This document shows, one piece after another, positions 46,060-54,389 of a stretch of 64,000 nt of DNA (positions within the stretch are counted from its first letter, which is position 1; each line of letters starts with the position of its first letter). The DNA lies in IMG/VR virus record IMGVR_UViG_3300045988_149468, positions 75,803 through 139,802 of that record. One strand, 5' to 3'. This DNA is from a virus. The position numbers and the translations under genes were made by a program. The notes beneath the pieces are model-generated. The model ran no database searches, was not told the DNA's origin, and worked only from the letters and a program-made list of their open reading frames with translations.

Positions 46060-46554
46060 CTAGTAATTTGTATTTTTGTATGAGTCTATTAAATTGCATA
46101 TATTTTTTATAAAAATTTCAGTATATTTATCTATAAAATCATCTAATCCACATAAGAAGTCAGCTTGTCCATCTAATGTTCCCCAAATTATACTGCACTC
46201 ATCTAATGCAATAGATAAATCACAATTAAATGAATTGCATTTAAGAAGGTTCGTCTTTTCTGACATATCTTGTATAAGTTCTTTTAAATCCCAACCTTCT
46301 CTGTTTTGTAAGAATTCTTTCATGTCTTTTAACTTATCTACATACTTTGTTTTTACTTCATCTAAATCAACAAAATACTCCATTGGAACATTTAAAACTA
46401 CTGATATTTCTATTAACATCTCCAAAGGTGGTATTATTTCGCCCGATTCGTATTTTTGTATAGTTCTTACATTTTTATCAATTAATTCAGATAATTGTTT
46501 TTGAGTTATTTTTTTATCCTTTCTTAATGATTTGATTTTTTCCCCTATAGTCAT
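46060..46554 (-). CDS. XRE-family helix-turn-helix regulator (inside the IS)
   Basis: IGEKIKSLRKDKKITQKQLSELIDKNVRTIQKYESGEIIPPLEMLIEIS is a Cro/C1-type HTH. Confidence 0.75.
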   Translation of the reverse strand: MTIGEKIKSLRKDKKITQKQLSELIDKNVRTIQKYESGEIIPPLEMLIEISVVLNVPMEYFVDLDEVKTKYVDKLKDMKEFLQNREGWDLKELIQDMSEKTNLLKCNSFNCDLSIALDECSIIWGTLDGQADFLCGLDDFIDKYTEIFIKNICNLIDSYKNTNY

Positions 46555-46715
46555 ATCATCACCTCTATTCGCTAAAGAATAAATCTATTATTAAGGTTAG
46601 AATGTTTTGCCTATATTTTCTTCCAACCAGGCATCTACTTTATCAACTAATATATTTATTTTTTTACCTGTTCTTATCATTGGAAAACCTACAGTGTGTA
46701 TTTATTAATATTATA

Positions 46716-46752
46716 CCACAGTTAAAGTTATAATTTCCACAGTTAAAGTTAT
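46716..46752. repeat. two direct copies of CCACAGTTAAAGTTAT (21-bp period), related to the IS terminal repeat core
   Basis: Copies at 46716-46731 and 46737-46752. The same core CCACAGTTATAGTT lies in the IS end at 46804-46817 and inverted at 44697-44710. Confidence 0.7.
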
Positions 46753-46825
46753 TTTAAGTAATAAATTTTATATTCACTTGTCAAAGTACGTTTTCTTATT
46801 AATCCACAGTTATAGTTTCATACCC

Positions 46826-46833
46826 AAATTTTA
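46826..46833. repeat. 8-bp target-site duplication (right copy) AAATTTTA
   Basis: See 44682-44689. Confidence 0.75.
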
Positions 46834-46942
46834 TTCTCTTTGTATCTATTAAGTCATTTTTGCATTGATTCAATTCTTCATTTGATGCATAAAAATTATG
46901 ATCTTCTTGATCTAAAATATAATAATCATCTTCATATCTCAT
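46826..46942 (-). pseudogene. 5' fragment (39 codons) of the gene split by the ISL3 insertion
   Basis: SD ggagga 6 nt before ATG 46942, which overlaps the upstream stop as ATGA. In situ the frame runs 8 codons into the IS and stops at 46799. Confidence 0.7.
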
Positions 46943-47217
46943 TTTAATTCCTCCAATACAATTTTAATAGCTTTTATTTGTTTTTCTAAATCTGTAATTT
47001 CATTTCTCAATTTAACTTTATTTTTATCCTTTTCGTTTTCACATACAATCCTTAATATCATTAAATCAAGATTTTTATTCCTATGTTGTGTTATTAACCA
47101 CTCTTGATGTTCTTTCAATTCTTCCATTAATTCAATTTTTAAATAATCTTTGTACATCTTAATGTAAAAGTTTAAATCTTTCATAATATTACCTCTATTT
47201 GAAAACTTCATCGTCAT
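46939..47217 (-). CDS. hypothetical coiled-coil protein
   Basis: Co-oriented ORF. Confidence 0.4.
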   Translation of the reverse strand: MTMKFSNRGNIMKDLNFYIKMYKDYLKIELMEELKEHQEWLITQHRNKNLDLMILRIVCENEKDKNKVKLRNEITDLEKQIKAIKIVLEELK

Positions 47218-47725
47218 AATGATTTAATATTGCATTATGATAAAACCAAATTGTATCTAAATCTATTGGTGTAAAATTATGACAATCAACTGATACGTTT
47301 AAACCATAAGATTTTACCATGCATAATTTATGAATATGCCCAAATAAATTAATATTAGTTTCATTTATTTTTCTATTTTTAATTTTACTTGGTTCATGTG
47401 CCATAGTGATAACTTTATTTTCTATAAATATTTGTGCTATATCAGATTTTTTTATAAATTTTTCTTTATCTAAATACTTCCACACATTTAAATCTTTTCT
47501 TTCATAATTACCTAGAATTAAACAAATTTTTCCGTTTAACTGTTCTGCAATTTCATAATTACCAAAATCTCCTAAATGAAATACACCATCATGTTCAGAT
47601 ATAACATTGTTCCAATTATTAATCATTGTTTGATCCATTTCTTCTACTGAATTAAAAGGTCTTTTACTTAATTGTAATGTTCTTTCACTTCCAAAATGTG
47701 TATCACTTGTAAACCATATTTTCAT
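47195..47725 (-). CDS. calcineurin-like metallophosphoesterase
   Basis: FTSDTHFG, HLGDFGN, LGNYE and GHIH motifs in canonical order. ATG 47725 follows SD gaggtgg. Confidence 0.7.
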   Translation of the reverse strand: MKIWFTSDTHFGSERTLQLSKRPFNSVEEMDQTMINNWNNVISEHDGVFHLGDFGNYEIAEQLNGKICLILGNYERKDLNVWKYLDKEKFIKKSDIAQIFIENKVITMAHEPSKIKNRKINETNINLFGHIHKLCMVKSYGLNVSVDCHNFTPIDLDTIWFYHNAILNHYDDEVFK

Positions 47726-47798
47726 TTTATTCCACCTCATAATAAAAATTCCATTTTAACTGTTTTTAACCCTCCTTATTAATTTCTATGTTAATTAT

Positions 47799-47827
47799 AT
47801 TATAATTTAAAATTTCTAATATGTCAA
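47799..47827 (-). promoter_or_regulatory. sigma-A-type promoter, cassette copy
   Basis: TTGACA, 17 nt, TATAAT, then ataattaacatagaaattaataaggaggg. Confidence 0.65.
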
Positions 47828-47959
47828 CTGATTTTCTAACATTTTTTCATTGAATATCAATATTTTATATGCTAATGAAATAGCAGTAGAGGGATCGATC
47901 CCTCTATCCACATATACTTTTGCTAATTCTACTATATTACTTACTTTATCTAATGTCAT
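47816..47959 (-). CDS. hypothetical protein (47 aa, below track cutoff)
   Basis: SD aggag 9 nt before ATG 47959. Contains the 20-bp palindrome at 47887-47906. Confidence 0.35.
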   Translation of the reverse strand: MTLDKVSNIVELAKVYVDRGIDPSTAISLAYKILIFNEKMLENQLTY

Positions 47960-48019
47960 ATTAATTATCTCCTATTCTTTTAGTGTTTAATTATGTATAT
48001 AATTACTTAACAATTAGTC

Positions 48020-48217
48020 CTATTCACATTCATTTTCTAATTTTTCCCACAAATCCCAAATTTCTTTATGAAACTTACAATTTGCATAACATTGTATTCT
48101 TGGGTTATTTTGATATTTTTCAATATAACAACCTGAACGACATATTTGTCCTATGCCTTCATAATAAATATCCTTCAGTAATTGTTGCTCTTTCTTGCTA
48201 AATTTAAAAGTTTTCAT
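48020..48217 (-). CDS. small Cys-rich protein
   Basis: Co-oriented ORF with SD aggaagg. Confidence 0.4.
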   Translation of the reverse strand: MKTFKFSKKEQQLLKDIYYEGIGQICRSGCYIEKYQNNPRIQCYANCKFHKEIWDLWEKLENECE

Positions 48218-48299
48218 AATTATACCTTCCTATATCTCAACTTATCTTTTTCTATATGATTTTGATTTGTTATAATATACCGTTGCATAAAACTTATAA

Positions 48300-48445
48300 A
48301 AAGTTATAAACTCGTAATTTTTATTTTATTTCCTTCTTCATTGAATTCTATTTTGCCGAAGCTACTCTAGTTTGGTGTAACTCTCCAAAGGCTTAAATTC
48401 GGGTACAACGCTCCCTACATCAAATTAGTATTTCTCTCCATTCAC
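48300..48445 (-). ncRNA. candidate omega RNA (reRNA) / right-end region of the TnpB element
   Basis: A non-coding stretch immediately 3' of tnpB that is clearly GC-richer than its surroundings (gggagcgttgtacccg, tagcttcggc, two GGAGAG boxes). Position matches where TnpB guide RNAs are encoded. Boundaries are not determined. Confidence 0.35.
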
Positions 48446-49567
48446 CTATACTAATTCGTAATTACTTAAATTAATGCTTGCATTATAATCTCTATTTATT
48501 TCTAAACCACAATGTTTGCATACATAAGTTCTGTCTTTTAATTTCAAGTCTATTTTAATATTTCCACAATTAGAACAAGTTTTGCTTGAAGGATAATATC
48601 TATCTACCTGTATAAATTTAATACCATTCCATTCGCATTTATATTTCATTTGTCTTATAAATTCATATAAACATTGTTCAGCAATAGCTTTTGATAAATG
48701 TTTATTTTTCATCATGCCAACTATATTTAAATCTTCCATAACAACTCTATAAGGTTTTTCATTTACTATTCTTGCAGTTGATTGATGAATATGATTATTT
48801 CTAATATTAGACAAACGTCTATAAATCATTTTAGCTTTATGTTCTAATTTTATAATGTTTTGAGTTTTAACAAACTTATTTCTTTGTTTATTATACTCAT
48901 ACTTTCTTGAAATTTGTCTTTGAGTTCTTTTAAGTTGTTTCTTTAATTTCTTTACTCTTTTAGTTTTATTGATGTTTTTTATTGTTATTCCATTTGAACA
49001 TACAGCAAGTTCTTTAACTCCTAAATCTATGCCGATGCTTAATTTTGGATTTAAGGTAGTTTGGTTTTCTTCTACTTCAACTCCAAAAGATAAATACCAA
49101 TATCTTCCGTCATAACTACAATAAGGATTACTATATTTGCAATTTGGTATCTTATAATTTGTTTTAAATTTTACTTTGCCTATTTTCTCGATATTACAAA
49201 CATTATCCTTAAAGTAAAGAGCATCGTATCTTACATAAAAAGATTGTTTTGATTTTCTTTTTGATTTAAATTTAGGATATTTACTATTCTTTTTAAAAAA
49301 GGATTTAAATGCTTTATCTAAATTTCTCATACTTTCTACCATAGCTGTATTTGAAACTTCATTCAACCATTTATAATCTTCTTGTTTCTTAAGTTGTGTA
49401 AATTCTTTCCTTATATTACTCATTGAATATTTTTCACCTGATTCATAATGTTCATTGCATTTACTCAATGCCCAATTATAAGCGAATCTACTACAACCGA
49501 TTGTTTTAAACATCAATTCTTCTTGCTGTTCTGTAGGAATAAGTCTAATCTTTAATGATTTTAGCAA
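48446..49567 (-). CDS. tnpB: TnpB (IS200/IS605-family OrfB, RNA-guided nuclease), zinc-finger type
   Basis: RuvC motifs GIDLGV, VVMEDLN and RDYNASINL. Zinc finger CSNCG...CKHCG. N-terminal IRLIPTEQQEELM (OrfB_IS605). TTG start after SD aaaggaggtg. Confidence 0.85.
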   Translation of the reverse strand: MLKSLKIRLIPTEQQEELMFKTIGCSRFAYNWALSKCNEHYESGEKYSMSNIRKEFTQLKKQEDYKWLNEVSNTAMVESMRNLDKAFKSFFKKNSKYPKFKSKRKSKQSFYVRYDALYFKDNVCNIEKIGKVKFKTNYKIPNCKYSNPYCSYDGRYWYLSFGVEVEENQTTLNPKLSIGIDLGVKELAVCSNGITIKNINKTKRVKKLKKQLKRTQRQISRKYEYNKQRNKFVKTQNIIKLEHKAKMIYRRLSNIRNNHIHQSTARIVNEKPYRVVMEDLNIVGMMKNKHLSKAIAEQCLYEFIRQMKYKCEWNGIKFIQVDRYYPSSKTCSNCGNIKIDLKLKDRTYVCKHCGLEINRDYNASINLSNYELV

Positions 49568-49607
49568 TTCTTGTCACCTCCTTTATGTTATTAATTATTA
49601 TATTTAT

Positions 49608-49636
49608 AATATATCATAAAATTATTGAAATGTCAA
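49608..49636 (-). promoter_or_regulatory. sigma-A-type promoter, cassette copy, driving tnpB
   Basis: TTGACA, 17 nt, TATATT, then ataaatataataattaataacataaaggagg. Confidence 0.6.
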
Positions 49637-49706
49637 TAAATATTTATATTTTTTATAAATATTTATTTAACTATGTATCACCCCCTTCCTATATGTATTA
49701 CTTATC

Positions 49707-50015
49707 TTATTTTCTAAAATTTTTTGGAACATTTCTATAATGTTGTGGTTTTTCTTCGCCATCAATTATTCTCTGTAATCGTTCCACATATTTCTTATCT
49801 TTAGCTAATCTTAATAAACTAACTAAGAAATATTTGTTTGTTTTTTTTGGAATTTTATTTTTCAATACACAATCTATTGCATATTGTGTTTGTTCATACT
49901 TTTGCAAATGAGTATGTCCTTCTTGAAAAGGTTTTTTCATGTTATACACTATGTAATTTTTATGCTCTTTGCTGTAAAATACTTTGAAGTTCTTCTTTGT
50001 GTAAACTAAATCCAT
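49707..50015 (-). CDS. hypothetical basic protein
   Basis: Co-oriented ORF. Confidence 0.4.
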   Translation of the reverse strand: MDLVYTKKNFKVFYSKEHKNYIVYNMKKPFQEGHTHLQKYEQTQYAIDCVLKNKIPKKTNKYFLVSLLRLAKDKKYVERLQRIIDGEEKPQHYRNVPKNFRK

Positions 50016-50022
50016 TTAATCA

Positions 50023-50208
50023 TCACCTATTATAAAAATTTTTAACTGCTTCAATTGTTGCTAATTCTTTTATCAAGTGTTCATAAACTTGTATTGCTTT
50101 CTTGTCATCTGTATTTTTAGAACAATAATTATAACCATTATTGAATCTTTTTAATAAATGCTGATAATAACCATTTAAAGCTTTTATAAATTCTTCTCTT
50201 TCCCTCAA
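50023..50208 (-). CDS. hypothetical protein
   Basis: TTG 50208 follows SD gggaggtg. The track extension reads through the leader motif. Confidence 0.35.
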   Translation of the reverse strand: MREREEFIKALNGYYQHLLKRFNNGYNYCSKNTDDKKAIQVYEHLIKELATIEAVKNFYNR

Positions 50209-50251
50209 TTTATCACCTCCCTTCCTGTTATTAATTAATATATTCATGTTA

Positions 50252-51043
50252 TTATGCTAATTCTTTTAAATCTTCTTCAGTAAATTCTATGTTTAATAAT
50301 TTAGATAATTCATAGACACCTTTAGGTGTGAATTTAAGTTGACTATATGAATATTCATTTTTAGTACCCACATTAAGATTATACCATGTTTTATCAACTG
50401 TTTCGTATGGAATCCAATTTTTACCTTGTTTAAATATTATCTTATTTTCATGTAGTAATTTATTCATTTTTTGTCCTGATCCTATTTTAAATAGTTTTCC
50501 AATCTGAGTCGAAGAATACGTTCCTTTACTATTCATGAAATCATCAAACCAAGTAGCTTTCTTTTTAAATTCTTTATTTTGTTTCATTAAATCTGTAACC
50601 ATGCTTAATTGTACTTCATTTGAAAATGATGGGAAATATTTTTGAACAAATTCCAATTCATTCCCTTCCATAACATAACCACCTGTATGATTTAATATTG
50701 GAAGTACTTCATAACATATCCATTCTTGAAATTCTTGTGCATCTGGTAAAGGTGAAGATAATGCTAATTGATTTAATCCACCTTCGTTAAGTAAAATGCC
50801 ACCTCTTTGACCTAATATTTTATAATCAAACTCTATCCCGACGGAGGATTGAGTTTCTTTATTTAACAATAACTGACCCTTAGGTGATACATATTTATTT
50901 ATATACTTAGTATAACTATGAGTCTTTAAGTCATATCCTAATGCCTCTACTACATCCTTTCCTATAAACCAAGGTTTATTTTCTATTTTTATTACTCTAA
51001 CTTCTCCGAATTCTGCATTTTTAAATATTTGCAATTTATCCAT
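50252..51043 (-). CDS. Bro-N domain antirepressor-like protein
   Basis: FKNAEFGEVRVIKIENKPWFIGKDVVEALGY is a Bro-N signature. The C-terminal half is KilAC/ORF6C-like by eye. Confidence 0.6.
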   Translation of the reverse strand: MDKLQIFKNAEFGEVRVIKIENKPWFIGKDVVEALGYDLKTHSYTKYINKYVSPKGQLLLNKETQSSVGIEFDYKILGQRGGILLNEGGLNQLALSSPLPDAQEFQEWICYEVLPILNHTGGYVMEGNELEFVQKYFPSFSNEVQLSMVTDLMKQNKEFKKKATWFDDFMNSKGTYSSTQIGKLFKIGSGQKMNKLLHENKIIFKQGKNWIPYETVDKTWYNLNVGTKNEYSYSQLKFTPKGVYELSKLLNIEFTEEDLKELA

Positions 51044-51056
51044 TTTATATTCCTCC

Positions 51057-51242
51057 TTATAAAAATCTGCTTATATCTTCTCCGTTTTTTATAGCTTCTA
51101 ATAATTCTAACGATTCTTTATCTTTTTTTTCTTTACATTCTTTACACCATCCTACAGTTAAACTTTGTAATCCTCCTGCTTTATGATATAATACATTAGT
51201 TTCTTCACCACATGAACAACATTTATTTTTCTTATTGAACAT
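51057..51242 (-). CDS. small zinc-ribbon protein
   Basis: CCSCG...CKEC. Confidence 0.4.
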   Translation of the reverse strand: MFNKKNKCCSCGEETNVLYHKAGGLQSLTVGWCKECKEKKDKESLELLEAIKNGEDISRFL

Positions 51243-51255
51243 AAAATATCACCTT

Positions 51256-51501
51256 CTATTCTTTTATTGTAATAATATAATCTTTATTATTTGAAGAACT
51301 ATAGCAAACTACATTTTGTATAACTCTAGTTGATATTTCTAATGTAGGTTTATCATCTAGTAGCTTACCATTAGAATAATCAGAATAATATTCTATTATA
51401 TTTGAAATAGCTATAAACCCCCAATCATTAATGTTTTCTTTAAGTATATTATCAATAAATTCTCCTATTGTACAATTTTCAATTAATTTTATTTCTTTCA
51501 T
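51256..51501 (-). CDS. hypothetical protein, paralog of 44192..44497
   Basis: See the paralog entry. Confidence 0.4.
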   Translation of the reverse strand: MKEIKLIENCTIGEFIDNILKENINDWGFIAISNIIEYYSDYSNGKLLDDKPTLEISTRVIQNVVCYSSSNNKDYIITIKE

Positions 51502-51530
51502 TTATTTTCCTCCTTTATAAAACTTTCATT

Positions 51531-51842
51531 TTATTTTAAATAAGTATAATAATGAAATGTTTTCTTAATTCCATTAACAGTATCATCATCTAACTTATAA
51601 ACCCAGTCATAAGGTCTATCGTCTTTACGATAGTTTTCTATCATTCTATCTATGATATCTCTTTTTCTAATTTTACCTGTTTTATAATCATGTGTAGGGA
51701 TTGTAATATCACATCTTAAAGAGATAGAATATTCATAATAATTATTAAATATTCCTTTGAATGTTGTATATCTATCATTTTCCATAATTGTTAATTCTAA
51801 TATTCCACAACCTGTTAGATAGTTTTCTTTACTTAATTTCAT
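51531..51842 (-). CDS. hypothetical protein
   Basis: ATG 51842 follows SD aagggag. Confidence 0.4.
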   Translation of the reverse strand: MKLSKENYLTGCGILELTIMENDRYTTFKGIFNNYYEYSISLRCDITIPTHDYKTGKIRKRDIIDRMIENYRKDDRPYDWVYKLDDDTVNGIKKTFHYYTYLK

Positions 51843-51996
51843 ATTGCTCCCTTCTTTCATTTATAATCTTTTGAATTCTTAATTGATCTTCTTCATCATT
51901 ATCAATAATGGACATAAGTTTCTTTTCTTCTTCTGTCGGTTCTACTTCAGGTACACTCTTTAGAAACTCAACTAATTCTTTAAATTTATTATTCAT
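51829..51996 (-). CDS. hypothetical acidic protein (55 aa, below track cutoff)
   Basis: ATG overlaps the upstream TAA (TAATG). Sequence MNNKFKELVEFLKSVPEVEPTEEEKK... Confidence 0.3.
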   Translation of the reverse strand: MNNKFKELVEFLKSVPEVEPTEEEKKLMSIIDNDEEDQLRIQKIINERREQYEIK

Positions 51997-52232
51997 TATT
52001 TATCACTCCAATATTCTTTAAATGCTTTATTCCAAACTTCTTTATTAATATTGTCTTTCATGTTATTCTTTTCTATATACAGTTTTAGAAAATTTATTTT
52101 ATTACTTAATTCCATTTCTAAATCTAGTCTTCTTTCATTTGACATCCAAGTATTCATCTTTAATTCAAAAGCTGTATTCATAGTTTCTTTCAATAATTCC
52201 ATAAAAGTTTTATAAACTTCTTTTTCATTCAT
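51996..52232 (-). CDS. hypothetical protein
   Basis: Co-oriented, start-stop coupled. Confidence 0.4.
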   Translation of the reverse strand: MNEKEVYKTFMELLKETMNTAFELKMNTWMSNERRLDLEMELSNKINFLKLYIEKNNMKDNINKEVWNKAFKEYWSDK

Positions 52233-52504
52233 TATTCATCACCTAACTTTTCAACTTTATAATCATTACCATAATATACATTATCATCAATAGTAATTTT
52301 ATATACTTTATTATCGTTTAACAATTCATATTCATAACTAAACAACATTGAACATAATATAATCATCAATATTGATAATATAAATGGTGCAAGTTGATTT
52401 ATATCGTTAGTAGTAAACATTATTACAAAAGAGGCTATCGCTAAACAAGTAAATAAAAATATACCAATTCCCATTATACATATATACTGTTGAAGACTAT
52501 TCAT
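52232..52504 (-). CDS. membrane protein
   Basis: Two hydrophobic helices. Confidence 0.4.
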   Translation of the reverse strand: MNSLQQYICIMGIGIFLFTCLAIASFVIMFTTNDINQLAPFILSILMIILCSMLFSYEYELLNDNKVYKITIDDNVYYGNDYKVEKLGDE

Positions 52505-52521
52505 TATTTATCCACATCCTT

Positions 52522-53253
52522 TTAATCTACTTCCCAATTTTTCCATTCATAAACAAAATCTCTATTAAAATCTTTTAACTCATCAAAACATAATGAACCA
52601 CCTAAAACACTAAATACTGGTGATCCATTACAGCGTTTTAAAGCTAATTCCCATATGTCATCATAAATACCTAAATATTCATACCAATCTTGTTTTTCTA
52701 ATTTCTTTTTAAATTCATACATTTCAGAATAAGATTTACAATATACAACTATATCTCCATGTCTAAAATCCATCCAATTAAATCCATTCATTTTCTTTAA
52801 TTTATAATTACTAAAGAATAAATTTTCTTTTATATTCTGTAATCTTTCTTTTTTGATATCATCTTCATATTCTTTTTTATTTTGTTTTAAAAACTTATTT
52901 ATTTCCACAATGGAATATACATTGAGTGTATAATCATAAGAAAAAATAAATTTATAATTATAAGGCTCTGATATAACTAATTGTAAATTATTATAAAACT
53001 CTAAAATTATACTATAATAAAATTCATCAACTTTAAAATATATGCTTAAAGGTTGGAATTCTAATAAAGGTAACATTTTTCTTATATTGTCTACTGTTTT
53101 TAAAAAATCAAATCTTGGTGTTTTATATATACTCATAGGTGGATTATATCCTTTTACAAAAGGTCTATCATCGTCAAGTGGCATATCACTTATTTTATAA
53201 TATAAACTTTCACAATCTTTTAAGGTTTTTAAATTCTCTTCTAATGTACTCAT
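52522..53253 (-). CDS. hypothetical protein
   Basis: Co-oriented ORF. Confidence 0.4.
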   Translation of the reverse strand: MSTLEENLKTLKDCESLYYKISDMPLDDDRPFVKGYNPPMSIYKTPRFDFLKTVDNIRKMLPLLEFQPLSIYFKVDEFYYSIILEFYNNLQLVISEPYNYKFIFSYDYTLNVYSIVEINKFLKQNKKEYEDDIKKERLQNIKENLFFSNYKLKKMNGFNWMDFRHGDIVVYCKSYSEMYEFKKKLEKQDWYEYLGIYDDIWELALKRCNGSPVFSVLGGSLCFDELKDFNRDFVYEWKNWEVD

Positions 53254-53483
53254 TATTTATCTCCTTTCCAATCTTTCAACATATTATATATCTCTGAACC
53301 ACTACAGTAAAATAATACACCAAACACAAATATTCCAGATATTGCACCTAAAACTTCTAATATTATACTTGCTATTTTGAAAGTGAATAAATAATCAATA
53401 GTTATAAATAATAAATACATTAACATTAAACATATAATCGTGAAACCTATACCTAATAATATTTTTTTAATTATTTTAATCAT
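53253..53483 (-). CDS. membrane protein
   Basis: Two hydrophobic helices, preceded by the cassette. Confidence 0.4.
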   Translation of the reverse strand: MIKIIKKILLGIGFTIICLMLMYLLFITIDYLFTFKIASIILEVLGAISGIFVFGVLFYCSGSEIYNMLKDWKGDK

Positions 53484-53515
53484 ATTATCACCTCCTTATT
53501 AACTTCTATATTCAC

Positions 53516-53544
53516 ATTATATCATAAATTAATAATAAATACAA
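53516..53544 (-). promoter_or_regulatory. extended -10 promoter, cassette copy
   Basis: TTGTAT, 17 nt, TGaTATAAT, then gtgaatatagaagttaataaggagg. Confidence 0.5.
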
Positions 53545-53554
53545 ATTGAAAAAC

Positions 53555-54349
53555 TTATTTTCGTTTATTTGGAATAGGGTATTCATTATTCCAACTTATA
53601 GAATCATAATCTGAATTATGTTTATAATTATATAAGATTTTGTTATGTATTGTATTTTTATATTTGCTAATAAAGTATTTTTCTTTTTCATTCATATCTT
53701 GTTCATTTTCACAAATGATATATTCAATTTTTACAATTTTATCATAAATATAAGTTTGTAAAGTAGATTTATCTTTAAAATGTTGTTTCATTCTTTCATG
53801 CATATTTGAAGTTTTTCCAACATATAAAACATTATTATTTTTATCTAAAAATCTATACACATTATAAATAGGTATTTCTATAATTTGTATATTATTCGTG
53901 CTATATTTATATAATTTTGGATTACGAATACACATACATTTTTTATTTCTCATTTCAACAAATTCATCATATGTATTTATTTTAAAATTTAATTCATTAT
54001 TAATCATTTTAGAACTCACTCCACATTTATGAATAAAATTGCTTATATTTAAACTTCCAAGTATCTTATCCACTTTAAACACCATGGGTTTATATTCATA
54101 TTTTGAATTAAGATAAATTTGTAAGTATAAATCTAAAACCCAATAATATTGTTTATAAGACATTATATCGTAAAGGATATCATCGTAAATATAAATATCT
54201 TCATCATCAATAAATAAATGATATATAGTCCCATCACCTGTAATTTCTACTTCAACATTTATATCTAATTCTATTATTTTTTTAGAAGTACTTAATATTT
54301 TATTAAAATTATTTTCACTTAATTTTTCTATCTCGCCATACATTTTCAT
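53555..54349 (-). CDS. protein with a C-terminal GIY-YIG nuclease domain
   Basis: YNVYRFLDKNNNVLYVGKTSNMHERMKQH...EKYFISKYK. Confidence 0.55.
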   Translation of the reverse strand: MKMYGEIEKLSENNFNKILSTSKKIIELDINVEVEITGDGTIYHLFIDDEDIYIYDDILYDIMSYKQYYWVLDLYLQIYLNSKYEYKPMVFKVDKILGSLNISNFIHKCGVSSKMINNELNFKINTYDEFVEMRNKKCMCIRNPKLYKYSTNNIQIIEIPIYNVYRFLDKNNNVLYVGKTSNMHERMKQHFKDKSTLQTYIYDKIVKIEYIICENEQDMNEKEKYFISKYKNTIHNKILYNYKHNSDYDSISWNNEYPIPNKRK

Positions 54350-54389
54350 TTTAATAACCTTCTTTTAATTTTTTAATTATTTTTTTTGA

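Larger units (their letters stand above)
44690..46825 (-). mobile_element. ISL3-family insertion sequence (2136 bp) carrying a transposase and an upstream XRE-family gene
   Basis: Terminal inverted repeats GGGTATACAACTTTAAGTGTGG (44690-44711) and the reverse complement of 46804-46825, GGGTATGAAACTATAACTGTGG (18/22 identical). It is flanked by an exact 8-bp direct repeat. An 8-bp TSD is the ISL3 hallmark. Confidence 0.8.

Noticed and set aside
46076-46504. 142-aa + strand ORF opposite the XRE gene
   Set aside because: The minus-strand frame encodes a textbook Cro/C1 HTH with an SD. The + frame has no SD and no motif.
47741-47790. Five-codon uORF (ATG GAA TTT TTA TTA TGA) between the cassette SD and the phosphoesterase start
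   Set aside because: It may simply be a spacing accident between the cassette SD and the second SD (gaggtgg). It is too short and unsupported to call a leader peptide.
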